From the NCBI GenBank assembly GCA_964396165.1, contig CAYNEF010000001.1:65990-129989 (forward strand): a stretch of 64,000 nt of DNA. The letters are read 5' to 3'. Below, one piece after another: positions 29,500 to 39,095 of the stretch. Under the pieces are notes generated by a model that had not been told where the DNA came from, searched no databases, and saw nothing but the letters and a program-made list of their open reading frames with translations. Source of the stretch: an uncultured Pseudobdellovibrionaceae bacterium. GTDB lineage: Bacteria; Bdellovibrionota; FAC87; UBA2466. Every line of letters starts with the position of its first letter. Positions within the stretch are counted from its first letter, which is position 1. Position numbers and translations under genes: made by a program.

Positions 29500-30569
29500 A
29501 ATAGTTTCTCCTCAAAGCGTCTTTTTCTCAACCAAAAGGCAGCCTGGACAAGCGAGATCAGTACCGGCACCTCAACCAAAGGTCCTATAACAGTCGCGAA
29601 TGATGCCCCATGCGCTATTCCGAAAGTCGCAATCGCTACCGCAATCGCTAGTTCAAAGTTATTCGAAGCGGCTGTAAAAGATAGACTGGTTGCTTCTCGA
29701 TAATTCGCGCCAGCCTTTTGACTTAATATGAATGATAAAAAGAACATTACTACGAAATAGATGGCGAGTGGAATCGCTATACGTAAGGTGTCTACTGGTA
29801 AGGCGAGGACCGTATCCCCTTTTAAAGAAAACATAACCTCAATTGTGAATAAGAGTGCCGCTAAAGTTATCGGACTGATCCGAGGAATAAACTCCTTGTC
29901 GTACCAATCAATTCCTTTTGTAGGTCGCAAGATAAGTCTTGTAATAAAACCAGCCGAGAAAGGGATGCCTAGGTAAATACCTACTGATTTTGCGATATCC
30001 CAAATCGTTACATGCAATTGTAGACTTTGGAGTCCTAACCAACTTGGAAATAGAGTTAAAAAGAGATAGGCATAGAAAGGAAAGAATAGGATTTGAAAAA
30101 TAGAATTAAGAGCGACGAGCCCGGCGCAGTACTCGGCACTTCCTTCCGCAAGTTCATTCCATACGATAACCATGGCTATGCAACGGGCAATTCCCATTAG
30201 CATTAACCCTGCCATATACTCAGGTTTGTCTTTTAAAAAAATAATGGCCAGAAAAAACATGAGCAAGGGTCCGATAAGCCAATTTTGAATTAGGGAGAGA
30301 GCTAGGATTTTTTTATTACGGAAAACCTCTCCTAATTTTTCGTACTGCACCTTCGCCAAAGGGGGATACATCATAAGGATCAATCCTACGGCGATAGGAA
30401 TTGAAGTCGTTCCCAAACTAAATTGAGTAAGGGCTTTCCCCAGTTGTGGCGCAAATACACTTATGACTAACCCCAGGCCCATGGCCAAAAAAATCCAAAG
30501 GGTTAAGTATCTATCTAAAAAAGAAAGTTTCTTGGTTTTCATGGCAGGTATCATTGGCATTAGCAACAC
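29496..30569 (-). CDS. acr3: Arsenite efflux permease, ACR3 family
   Basis: 357 aa, 10 TM, ACR3-like conserved segments. 4-bp overlap with arsC. Confidence 0.85.
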   Translation of the reverse strand: MLLMPMIPAMKTKKLSFLDRYLTLWIFLAMGLGLVISVFAPQLGKALTQFSLGTTSIPIAVGLILMMYPPLAKVQYEKLGEVFRNKKILALSLIQNWLIGPLLMFFLAIIFLKDKPEYMAGLMLMGIARCIAMVIVWNELAEGSAEYCAGLVALNSIFQILFFPFYAYLFLTLFPSWLGLQSLQLHVTIWDIAKSVGIYLGIPFSAGFITRLILRPTKGIDWYDKEFIPRISPITLAALLFTIEVMFSLKGDTVLALPVDTLRIAIPLAIYFVVMFFLSFILSQKAGANYREATSLSFTAASNNFELAIAVAIATFGIAHGASFATVIGPLVEVPVLISLVQAAFWLRKRRFEEKLL

Positions 30570-31000
30570 TTAGCGGCTGTTGAACAAGCGTTTGCTTTTG
30601 GAACCAACCTTGGCGGTTCTGTTCCGACCGCGGGTAACTGTTCGTGTACAAAAAAGACTTCCCATGAGTTCCCATCCGGATCTTGAAACCAAAATTTGTC
30701 TTGCTTCGCAAAGCAGCAATCCGTTGCTTCCTCTATCAACGTTGGGATGTTTTTCGCAGAAAGATTTTTTTGCCACTCCTTCACTTCATCAACGCTCTCG
30801 ACCTCAATACCAAGATGGTTCACATGACTTGCTTTTCTGCCATCTACCGCTTCATGCATGGCAAAGTTCAGAGCTAGCGTCTTTAAATCAAATTTTGCAT
30901 AGGTTGCAGATTGTTTTTGAGGTTCTACTCCAAATACAGTTCGATAGAAATCTACTGATTTTTTTAAGTTCAATACATTAATAGATAGATGTGGTCTCAT
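30560..31000 (-). CDS. VOC/glyoxalase-fold protein with vicinal Cys pair (ArsI-like C-As lyase / CadI-like)
   Basis: Start taken at MRPHLSIN with RBS aaggag 6 nt upstream. TDCCFA vicinal cysteines, C-terminal CSTAAKCC. Confidence 0.55.
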   Translation of the reverse strand: MRPHLSINVLNLKKSVDFYRTVFGVEPQKQSATYAKFDLKTLALNFAMHEAVDGRKASHVNHLGIEVESVDEVKEWQKNLSAKNIPTLIEEATDCCFAKQDKFWFQDPDGNSWEVFFVHEQLPAVGTEPPRLVPKANACSTAAKCC

Positions 31001-31010
31001 TCGGTCTCCT

Positions 31011-31409
31011 TTAACAACCTTTTTCAAAGCAATCGAAAATTCGGCACTCTCGCATGGATTGCTCTCCCTCACCGCAAACTTTTGAAAGTCGGAAAAGAGA
31101 AGCTTTCATCTGCTTCAGATCCTCAATCTTTTTACGAATCTCCTGGATCTTCTCATTGGCCTTTTCTTGTACCTGGGCACCAGTAATTTTTCGCTTGGAT
31201 TGTATATCCAAGAGTTCTTTTACTTCCCGTAAGGTAAACCCAAGTTCCTGAGCACGCTTAACAAAGCGAACACGGGAGGCCTCATCGTTTGTATAGAGCC
31301 TAAAACCGCCATCACGGCGTTGGGGCTTTTTGATTAGCCCCTTCCGCTCATAAAAACGAATGGTTTCAACTCCTACACCGGCGAGCTTAGCTAATTTTCC
31401 AATCGTCAT
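31011..31409 (-). CDS. MerR-family metal(loid)-responsive transcriptional regulator
   Basis: HTH MTIGKLAKLAGVGVETIRFYERKGLI, coiled-coil, C-terminal Cys cluster (CGEGEQSMRECRIFDCFEKGC). Start at the internal Met. Confidence 0.75.
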   Translation of the reverse strand: MTIGKLAKLAGVGVETIRFYERKGLIKKPQRRDGGFRLYTNDEASRVRFVKRAQELGFTLREVKELLDIQSKRKITGAQVQEKANEKIQEIRKKIEDLKQMKASLFRLSKVCGEGEQSMRECRIFDCFEKGC

Positions 31410-31430
31410 ATCCACACCTAACACCCTACA

Positions 31431-31450
31431 CTCCGTACCATAGTACGGAG
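31431..31450. promoter_or_regulatory. Perfect 20-bp dyad CTCCGTACCATAGTACGGAG inside a MerR-type promoter (TTGACT, 19-20 bp spacer, TAGGGT)
   Basis: Seen directly in the sequence, 22 bp upstream of the merR-like start. Confidence 0.45.
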
Positions 31451-31665
31451 TCAATGGTAATCTTGATTTGAGCCAATTATTCAGTTTGAAGCAGGAATTG
31501 GACATTGATTCCTACAGAACGTACATTTTACTAGACAAAGACTTTTCCACCACTAGGCACATATTTTCAAATGGAAAGATTGTTTACGCTTCAAACGTGG
31601 GACGATTGCACCGTAGGGTTAGAAGATCAGCTTAATATTATTAGCTTTTGATTTCTAGTATATAT

Positions 31666-32460
31666 CTATTCAAAATGTGAGTGATCAAGTTCATACTTGT
31701 TTGTTATGTTGAAATTAAGACGGCCTGTATTTTCTTCGAAAATAATTAAATTATTTTTAGTTTGGGTTCTTGCGCTTGCATACAAAATGCCTTTATATCC
31801 TTTTTTTCGAGCTACTACACCTAAGATTTGACTAGCACTGGGAATTTCAAATTGTTGGTTAAGATCGAACCACTCATTCATCACAACACTTCTAGGTATT
31901 TTCAGAGCTTTGAATGTCGGATCAGCAGTTAAAACTAATATATTATCCAGATCGACTTCAAATTCAAAAAACCAGTACTTAGGCATTTTAAATTCACTTT
32001 CTATTTCTTCCTTTTTTCTTCCGATTAATTGCGCATAATTATTCTTTTGTATATCTAAATGGAACAGCTCTGCATAACAACATTCTTTACTCTGACTCAA
32101 ATACAAAACTCGATTACGCATTTCTGCAACGTTTTTGTAGTTAAACCGTGAATTTGAAAACAATGATCCTTCACCAGACAAGGGCTCGCTGCTGTATGCT
32201 TCTTTAACAATTCGGAAAAAATTTGTTTTCTTGTCTTTATAAGAGCATTTGGCAGCGGAGGAAAAATCTAGCTCTGATAAGCTATCTAATTCTGCCTTTA
32301 ATCTAAGCTCTTGCCTTTGGAGAAATTTTTTCTTCGATCCCTCTGTTGCGAACTCATCTTCAACATCTGCAACAGTGTTTCGTAAGTACCACTTACAAAA
32401 AGCATCTACCTCTGAGGGATTAGTAAAACACACCCCATCAAGGACACTAAAATCGTACAC
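31666..32460 (-). CDS. RES-domain toxin (ParT/MbcT-like)
   Basis: SNSRFNYKN...VLYLSQSKECCYAELF...GILYASARTQ carries the RES Arg/Glu/Ser signature layout. Immediately downstream of the Xre/ParS antitoxin. Confidence 0.6.
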   Translation of the reverse strand: MYDFSVLDGVCFTNPSEVDAFCKWYLRNTVADVEDEFATEGSKKKFLQRQELRLKAELDSLSELDFSSAAKCSYKDKKTNFFRIVKEAYSSEPLSGEGSLFSNSRFNYKNVAEMRNRVLYLSQSKECCYAELFHLDIQKNNYAQLIGRKKEEIESEFKMPKYWFFEFEVDLDNILVLTADPTFKALKIPRSVVMNEWFDLNQQFEIPSASQILGVVARKKGYKGILYASARTQTKNNLIIFEENTGRLNFNITNKYELDHSHFE

Positions 32461-32462
32461 TA

Positions 32463-32885
32463 TTAACCCAGACGTTGTTCGAGGATATTTCTGACTTGGC
32501 GAGTTTTTCCTTTAAGCATAAATTCTAGCGCACTTTTATCATCAAATTCCGGTCTAGGCATTTTAAGCCAACGCTGCATCTTCACTTTAATGGCAGTGGG
32601 CGCAAGCTCGGATTCTGACTCTCCGATAATTTTAATGATCAAATTAAATATTAATAACCACTGCTTCAGGGTTTGGTTCTGTGACGCGTAAGGATTTTTG
32701 CTTATTTTAGACTCATCTAAATGAAAACTTTCAGCAATCTGCTTTTGCTTTATATCCAATAATTCCGCAAGTCGCTTAAGGTTCACTTCGGTAGGATTTT
32801 CTTGTGTGTATAAGTCTTCTAATACATCTAAATCTTTAAAAGAGTTAGATGTTGAATCCTTAGTGTCTTTCTTGCTCATTTGCAC
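32463..32885 (-). CDS. Xre-HTH / ParS-MbcA type antitoxin (DUF2384-like C-terminus)
   Basis: HTH LKRLAELLDIKQKQIAESFHLDESKISK, then a C-terminal helical domain ending ...ALEFMLKGKTRQVRNILEQRLG. Confidence 0.6.
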   Translation of the reverse strand: MQMSKKDTKDSTSNSFKDLDVLEDLYTQENPTEVNLKRLAELLDIKQKQIAESFHLDESKISKNPYASQNQTLKQWLLIFNLIIKIIGESESELAPTAIKVKMQRWLKMPRPEFDDKSALEFMLKGKTRQVRNILEQRLG

Positions 32886-33385
32886 TCCAAATTCATTAGT
32901 GAATACCTATAACCTACTAGCATCCACATTTCAATATAGGTGCAATTATTGTGCAATTGCATGGCAATACTTTTATAATTTAATTATATCACTAACTAAT
33001 TGATTTTAATGATAATATCATAACACACTGCTCATATAGCACTATATACCATACAAAAACAGTGTCAAATTTCATCATTTTGCCTGTATTTTATACACTA
33101 ATGAGATTGTCTTTTTTAGTGCATTAAAAGAGTAACTTTTAGGAAGAACCTTTTAAGGGCAGTCACTACTTCCGTATCCTTTAATTCTGCTTATGATGAC
33201 AAGTTTACCCTGTTTAATATGGGTGAGCCCGAGGGGAAAAAGATCGTAGATTTTTTCAAGTTTAATAATGTCGAAGTGTCGGTGGCAGCCAAGCTTTATT
33301 CAAACTGCCCTAGATGAAAATAAACGATAGCTTCTATTTTTTTACGAGTTACTGACCCCGACGAGTATTGGAAAACTACCCAAAA

Positions 33386-33420
33386 GGTTGCACCGAGGGT
33401 TGCACCAAGGTTGCACGAGA
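33386..33420. repeat. Three tandem copies of a 12-bp unit GGTTGCACC(G/A)AG
   Basis: Seen directly, ~110 bp upstream of the tRNA-like gene inside an ORF-free AT-rich stretch. Confidence 0.6.
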
Positions 33421-33532
33421 TCCCAAGAAAGACCGAAATTAGCCGAAAAATTCCGAAGGAAGGTACGTTTGACAGACTGGCCTAACCCATAGTAATTATT
33501 GTTTTAAGTTAATTGTATTGGACAGTTAATGA

Positions 33533-33604
<72 letters not shown>

Positions 33605-33676
33605 ATCTTTAACCTTTGAGAAAAACGTCGAATGCAGATATTCCGGTCGAGATCTGCTGCAGGTAAATTACATTCG

Positions 33677-35047
33677 CTAAGGTCTAAAAATACCACCAGT
33701 GTTGATTGTTCCACTGGAATCTTGTCCTCCAAACACTACCATCTTGGTGCCCGTCCATATTGCGGTATGAGCGTTGCGGATAGAGGGAGCAGTCGTAGTA
33801 GTAATTGTCGTCCAGGAGTTAGTAGTAGGATTAAATAGTCCGCCGGTGTTGTTATACACAGTGCTTCCGTCATCCCCTGCAAATACGAGAAGCTGAGTAC
33901 CTGTCCAAATACCTGTATGATAATAACGAATGCTTGGGGCGCCGGTAGTTGTAGTGAGAGTCCAAGAGTTGGCGCTTAAGTCATATACGCCACCTGTATT
34001 GATTCCACTTGTACCGTCCCACCCTCCAAACACCACCATTTTTGTCCCAGTCCAAACAGCACTATGTATCCGACGAATGTCCGGAGCACCTGTAGTGGTA
34101 GACAGCGTCCAGGTATCTGTCGCAGGATCATATGCGCCACCCGTATTTAAGAAAAGGCCCGCGCCTCGATCGCCTCCAAATAGTAAAGCTTTTTCGCCTG
34201 TCCAATTAGCAGTGTGATTTGCACGTATGCCAGGAGCACCTAACGTAGTCGTAGCTGTCCATGTATCGGTTGCGGGATTATATAGTCCACCCGTGTTTAC
34301 CCTCCCACCACCACCTCCTCCTCCGTGCACAAACATTTTACTTCCAGTCCATGTAGCCGTATGTAACCGGCGAATGCTAGGTGCGGCAGTTGTCGAGAGT
34401 GCACTCCAAGTATCAAGTTGCGGATCATAACTGCCACCCGTATTGAGATAAGCCCCATTGTATCCACCAAAGACAAGCATCTTAGAATCTGTCCAAACTG
34501 CAGAATGGTATGCACGAATATCGGGAGCACCGGTTGTAGTAATCTCTGTCCAAGAGTCAGTAGATGGATCGTATGCCCCTCCAGTATTGAGATAACTACT
34601 TGCAACTCCCTGTCCTCCGAACACTAATACTTTTGAGCCTGTCCAGACTGCCGTATGCACATAGCGAATAGCTGGAGCGCCCGTGGTCGTACTGGAAATC
34701 CACTTGGCAAAATAAGTAAATAAACCAGTGCCGGTTCCGCTTTGAGTATCCGGATTAGTAACGGTGATGTCAGCACTTCCTGCCGTGCCGCCTGGAGTTG
34801 TACACGTAATGGTGTAGTAATTGACGATCGTGGGTGAAGTACAGGGACTGCCTGCTACAGTTACTGTTGCATTGAGAGAAAAACCGAGGCCGGTTATTGT
34901 AATAACTGTTCCGCCAAAAGTGGAATCAGTCTCTGGGGTCACGCTAGTTACGGTAGGCGCTGGTGCAATAGTGCTTGATGAACTAGTTACTCCATTGCCA
35001 CAACCAGATATTAGTAAGAGATTTAAAAAAAAATAAACTATCTTCAT
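33677..35047 (-). CDS. Lipoprotein with IPT/TIG domain and about seven Kelch-like beta-propeller repeats
   Basis: Lipobox LISGCG. IPT-like TVTSVTPETDSTFGGTVITITGLGF. Repeats GAP.IR..HTA.WTG.KM.VFGG...NTGG.Y.P.TD.W. Confidence 0.7.
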   Translation of the reverse strand: MKIVYFFLNLLLISGCGNGVTSSSSTIAPAPTVTSVTPETDSTFGGTVITITGLGFSLNATVTVAGSPCTSPTIVNYYTITCTTPGGTAGSADITVTNPDTQSGTGTGLFTYFAKWISSTTTGAPAIRYVHTAVWTGSKVLVFGGQGVASSYLNTGGAYDPSTDSWTEITTTGAPDIRAYHSAVWTDSKMLVFGGYNGAYLNTGGSYDPQLDTWSALSTTAAPSIRRLHTATWTGSKMFVHGGGGGGGRVNTGGLYNPATDTWTATTTLGAPGIRANHTANWTGEKALLFGGDRGAGLFLNTGGAYDPATDTWTLSTTTGAPDIRRIHSAVWTGTKMVVFGGWDGTSGINTGGVYDLSANSWTLTTTTGAPSIRYYHTGIWTGTQLLVFAGDDGSTVYNNTGGLFNPTTNSWTTITTTTAPSIRNAHTAIWTGTKMVVFGGQDSSGTINTGGIFRP

Positions 35048-35325
35048 CATTTCGGTTAGACGCATATTTTTTAAGTCCTGCTTATTTAAAAACTAATGTA
35101 TCTATATCGTCTCCTCGGAGAATCTTATTTATAGTTGGATAATGCGAATATAAACACAATTCTGGTACGAACGGTAGAGCTGCTGTGGGCACCTCAACGG
35201 GGAGGGCAATTACCAAGTTGAGGTGTGAGGTGGTGGGCCGATGTCGATTTTCCTACTCCCGAGCTGCCATGATTTAGACAAGAAGTAATCTTACTAAGGA
35301 CAAAGTCAAAAGATCTAAATCCTGT

Positions 35326-35351
35326 GGTTCAAATCCTACCCCGCAACCAAT
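35326..35351 (+). repeat. 26/27-bp direct repeat of the tRNA 3' end (att-like); partner at 33580..33606
   Basis: GGTTCAAATCCTACC(C)CCGCAACCAAT occurs twice in the same orientation. The second copy lacks a foldable T-stem, so it is a partial copy. Confidence 0.55.
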
Positions 35352-35606
35352 TGACCAAAGCCGCTTAAGTACCAACTACCGGACATTCCTTAACGATTAA
35401 CACTCAAGCTAAACCTTAACCTTGCACGTGCAAGGTAGTTTCACGAAAGAACTGCCGTACCTTTTCATTGTGGTTACAAAACTGTTTTTTTGGCAACTTT
35501 AGCAGTGTGTATTCTTTAGGCGTTTAGTGAATTTCACAGTCTGCACCAGCCTGTTCTATTGGTACTTAACTTGCTCAGCTCTATTTATGGAAATTAGTAG
35601 GAGCAA

Positions 35607-38522
35607 GTGATGCGTAAATTCTTTTTTAATCCCTTAATACTGGTAACACTATTTTTTCTCACTCTAACATCCTTGCAAGTGGCGCAAGCCTGTCAAGACT
35701 GTACGAATGGAGGCTCGGGATCATCTTGTGAGACCTGCGAATACGTCTATAATTCGAATACGGGAAGTTATGACTATATTTGCCAGAGCAATTATAGTTC
35801 CGTTTACTACTACAATTATCTAACTCTAGATGGATACGCGCTGGATGAAAGAACTTCTCTGCCAATTACTCTCGATTACACAAGAGTAAAATTGTATGAT
35901 CGCTACGGACGTCTTCTTGCTACAAGGACAGCTGATTTAGACGGCTATTACGATTTTAATGATTATTACATAACCGATAGTTACAATGTGACTTATTACA
36001 CCGTATGCGCAAGTGCTGGGATCAACTATCCAGAAAAATGCTACGAACGGAGTTTTTATGACTCAGCAAATTCGTATTGTAGTATCTACAACTATCAGAA
36101 TTTTTACCTAAAGGCTCAGCCACCTAAACCGACAAACATTGTTTTCTCTGGAGTAACTCAAACGGGCGCCTCTGTGAGTTGGCAAAACGGCGGTGGCATT
36201 ACAACAGGATTTAAAATAAATTTTGCGGCTGGGAGAGATTACCCCTCTTGTAGCGGGATGGACGTTGGTTTAAGTACTAGTCGCAGCTTTTCTGGGTTAA
36301 AAGACTCCACCCAATATTTATATACAGTATGCGCGTATGACCAATATGGAACGTACTCCTATCCGCTCAATGGGCAACTGATTACGTCAAAAGATCCGTT
36401 AAAGATTTCCATTTCAGCTGGCAGAAATGGGTATGTCGGTATTGACGGAAAAGTTTGGGACTCGGACTCAGGCCTTTACGCTGGATCTACTGGTACTTTC
36501 TCTACAGGTAATTCAATTCAAAACGTGACAGATTCAGAACTTTACCAGTACACGCGCTATGGTCAAAATTTTCAGTATTCGATACCGATGACTAGCGGTA
36601 ACTACTTCGCATTTTTGAAGTTTGCAGAAGTGTATTTCAGCTCGGCAAATGAACGCATTTTCAATGTTTCATTGAATGGGAATACAGTTTTATCAAGTCT
36701 GGATCTTTTTGCGGCAGCGGGAGGCCGCGATAAAGCTGTGGATTACGTCTTTCCTGTGGCTGTAGGAAATGGCATCTTAAAAATGGATCTAGTGGCCTCC
36801 AAAAACAATGCTTCGATTAATGCGATACAGGTACTAGCAGCAGGAAGTGGTAAATCGATTGTCGGCACACCGGCGTTTCCCGCGACTGCCTACGTTTGGA
36901 ACCAATATACAGCAGCAGTTGCAGCACCGACTTATACATTTGGTGCAAGCACTCTTTCGTCACTCCGCTCTTGGATTGGGTACGCGGGAGTTTCGTCAAA
37001 ACAAAATTTTGCTTGGAGCGGTCTCACAGCAGGAAGAACTTATTTCGTCAGTTACTACCCAGCATTTGCTACAGACTCGGTTCCCTACACCGCAAATATT
37101 GTTTCTGGTTCAGCTACAATCCACACGGGCCAAACGTTTGTTCCCAAGCCTCCCATCGCGAATGGAAATTATTATCAAGTGCCGACTCCATGGATGATAG
37201 TGTTCACTGCGAACTCTTCTAACGTGACTTTGCAATTGGGCAATGATCAAACAAGTGGTGCCCATTACATGTATTTGGATTACGTCGAGGGTTCAAATCC
37301 CAATATACCGGCGTTTATTGCGGCTCCTCCGACTCCCACTAACTTTGTTGCTAGCGCAACTACTACGTCTAGTCTTTCCTTTACTTGGAACAGTGCTGGG
37401 GGAACGACACAAGGATTTAAGTTTAGTTCTGCTGCCGGAAATGTTTCTACACTTGGTTGTGAGTCAGGAACGGACTTGGGATCTGCTACAAGTTATACTT
37501 TAGGAAGTTTACAACCAAGTACTACCTACACAGTGGCGCTGTGTTCGTATAACTCTGTTACTACCCTTTCTCAACCAGTTCGGCTTGTACTAAATACAGC
37601 TAATTTGCCATTGCCTAACTCGGGAAGTGTTCTCGTAAATGCAGGGGGAAGTTCCTATACTGCGGCTAACGGAGCAAGGTGGTCCGCAGATTCTGGTTTT
37701 TCCTCTAGTTCCACATACCAAGTATCAAATTCGATATCAAATACGGTTGATCAAAATTTATATCAAACCAGCCGATATGGCTCGAGCTTCACCTATACTG
37801 CAAACGTCACTGATGGTCTTTATGAAATTACTTTAAAGTTTGCAGAGCCCTATGTATCTGGTGTGGGCCAACGTGTGTTTAATACATCGGTAAATGGTAT
37901 CCAGTGGCTTACCAATTTTGATATTTTTAAGGAAAGTGGAGGAAAGTTTGCAGCAGTAGATCGCAGTGGGTACTTTAATGTGACAGGTGGAAAAGTAACG
38001 ATTCAGCTTTCTGCCATAGCAAATAATGCGATGATTAGTGCAGTCCAAATTTCTCCTGTTCCTACACAAAAGCTTGTCATTGGAACACCTGCCTTCCCTT
38101 CAACAGTGGGAGTATGGAACCAGTTTCTCTCTGCTAGCGCTAATGAAAACTATATCGTAGGAACTAGTAATCTCTCCAAAATACGTTCTTGGATAGGCTA
38201 TGCTGGTGCGTCCACTACGCAAAGTTTCACTTGGAACAACTTAAGTGTCGGTAAGAGTTATTATCTGAATTACTACCCTGCATTTGCGACAAACTCTATC
38301 CCATACTTTGCAGAGGTAACTGCAGGAACAGCAACATTAACCAGTGGCGCTACATTTACGCCCCCGTTGTCTTTGTCGACTGGCAATTACTATAATGGTC
38401 AACTTGCTTGGCCAATTCGCTTTGTGGCAGGTTCTCCCTCAATTACGATTCGCATGCGTAACGGACAAACCAGTGGTGCTCAATATATGTATTTAAATTG
38501 GGTAGAGACTGTGAAACCTTGA
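35607..38522 (+). CDS. Large secreted protein: Cys/Tyr-rich N-terminus, CarbopepD-reg-like domain, then tandem duplicated [FN3 - malectin-like carbohydrate-binding - beta domain] module
   Basis: Signal peptide. TRTADLDGYYDF. Two ~400-aa internal copies with FAEVYFSSANERIFNVSLNGN...FAAAGG vs FAEPYVSGVGQRVFNTSVNGI...FKESGG, and GTPAFP...RSWIGYAG...YYPAFAT in both. Confidence 0.7.
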   Translation: MMRKFFFNPLILVTLFFLTLTSLQVAQACQDCTNGGSGSSCETCEYVYNSNTGSYDYICQSNYSSVYYYNYLTLDGYALDERTSLPITLDYTRVKLYDRYGRLLATRTADLDGYYDFNDYYITDSYNVTYYTVCASAGINYPEKCYERSFYDSANSYCSIYNYQNFYLKAQPPKPTNIVFSGVTQTGASVSWQNGGGITTGFKINFAAGRDYPSCSGMDVGLSTSRSFSGLKDSTQYLYTVCAYDQYGTYSYPLNGQLITSKDPLKISISAGRNGYVGIDGKVWDSDSGLYAGSTGTFSTGNSIQNVTDSELYQYTRYGQNFQYSIPMTSGNYFAFLKFAEVYFSSANERIFNVSLNGNTVLSSLDLFAAAGGRDKAVDYVFPVAVGNGILKMDLVASKNNASINAIQVLAAGSGKSIVGTPAFPATAYVWNQYTAAVAAPTYTFGASTLSSLRSWIGYAGVSSKQNFAWSGLTAGRTYFVSYYPAFATDSVPYTANIVSGSATIHTGQTFVPKPPIANGNYYQVPTPWMIVFTANSSNVTLQLGNDQTSGAHYMYLDYVEGSNPNIPAFIAAPPTPTNFVASATTTSSLSFTWNSAGGTTQGFKFSSAAGNVSTLGCESGTDLGSATSYTLGSLQPSTTYTVALCSYNSVTTLSQPVRLVLNTANLPLPNSGSVLVNAGGSSYTAANGARWSADSGFSSSSTYQVSNSISNTVDQNLYQTSRYGSSFTYTANVTDGLYEITLKFAEPYVSGVGQRVFNTSVNGIQWLTNFDIFKESGGKFAAVDRSGYFNVTGGKVTIQLSAIANNAMISAVQISPVPTQKLVIGTPAFPSTVGVWNQFLSASANENYIVGTSNLSKIRSWIGYAGASTTQSFTWNNLSVGKSYYLNYYPAFATNSIPYFAEVTAGTATLTSGATFTPPLSLSTGNYYNGQLAWPIRFVAGSPSITIRMRNGQTSGAQYMYLNWVETVKP

Positions 38523-38545
38523 TCAGTTCGGTTATCATAATCCCC

Positions 38546-39067
38546 ATGCAAATGATCAAATTCATTCTTTTGAGTCTAACCGCAATATTTTTAAGTGCAG
38601 GTTGCGCACATTATCACAGTTCTATAATTGAGGAGCAACCTCTGACAAATAAACTGGAGGCATTTAAGAATATAGTGATTGATGCCTCCTCAGCTGATCC
38701 GAACTCCAAGCAGTTTGAAAATGTATTTTCGACAACGCTTTTTGTTCAATTGAAAGAATCCAAACTCTTTAATTCAGTCACGTATAAGGCAGAACCTTCC
38801 AGTGAGGCAGATCTCATTCTCAAAGCCACGATTTTGGATTCAAGACTTCCGCCGGAAAAAGACGATTCCATTTTTGTGGCAGATAATAGATACGGGTTTA
38901 AAATTAGATACACACTGATTGCCGCAAAAACCAAATCCCCACTTGTTTCCTTTTCCACACAATCGGATTCTGGCCAACGCCACTATTCAGTCGGAACTTC
39001 TGAGGCCGGCTATGGATTTTTGCGCTCCGCTAGAGAAGTAGTAAATTATATAAAATTACACAAATAA
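38546..39067 (+). CDS. Lipoprotein, hypothetical
   Basis: Start taken at MQMIKFILLSLTAIFLSAGC (lipobox), so the track ORF's overlap with the previous gene is not real. Confidence 0.5.
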   Translation: MQMIKFILLSLTAIFLSAGCAHYHSSIIEEQPLTNKLEAFKNIVIDASSADPNSKQFENVFSTTLFVQLKESKLFNSVTYKAEPSSEADLILKATILDSRLPPEKDDSIFVADNRYGFKIRYTLIAAKTKSPLVSFSTQSDSGQRHYSVGTSEAGYGFLRSAREVVNYIKLHK

Positions 39068-39095
39068 GAATTTAAAAAGATTTCGGCCTATCTTA

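Noticed and set aside
35150-35351. tmRNA or second tRNA at the downstream tRNA-like 3' end
   Set aside because: Only the last ~27 nt match a tRNA. Upstream bases do not form a T-stem, acceptor or tag-peptide-like reading frame. It is interpreted as a partial direct repeat (att-like).
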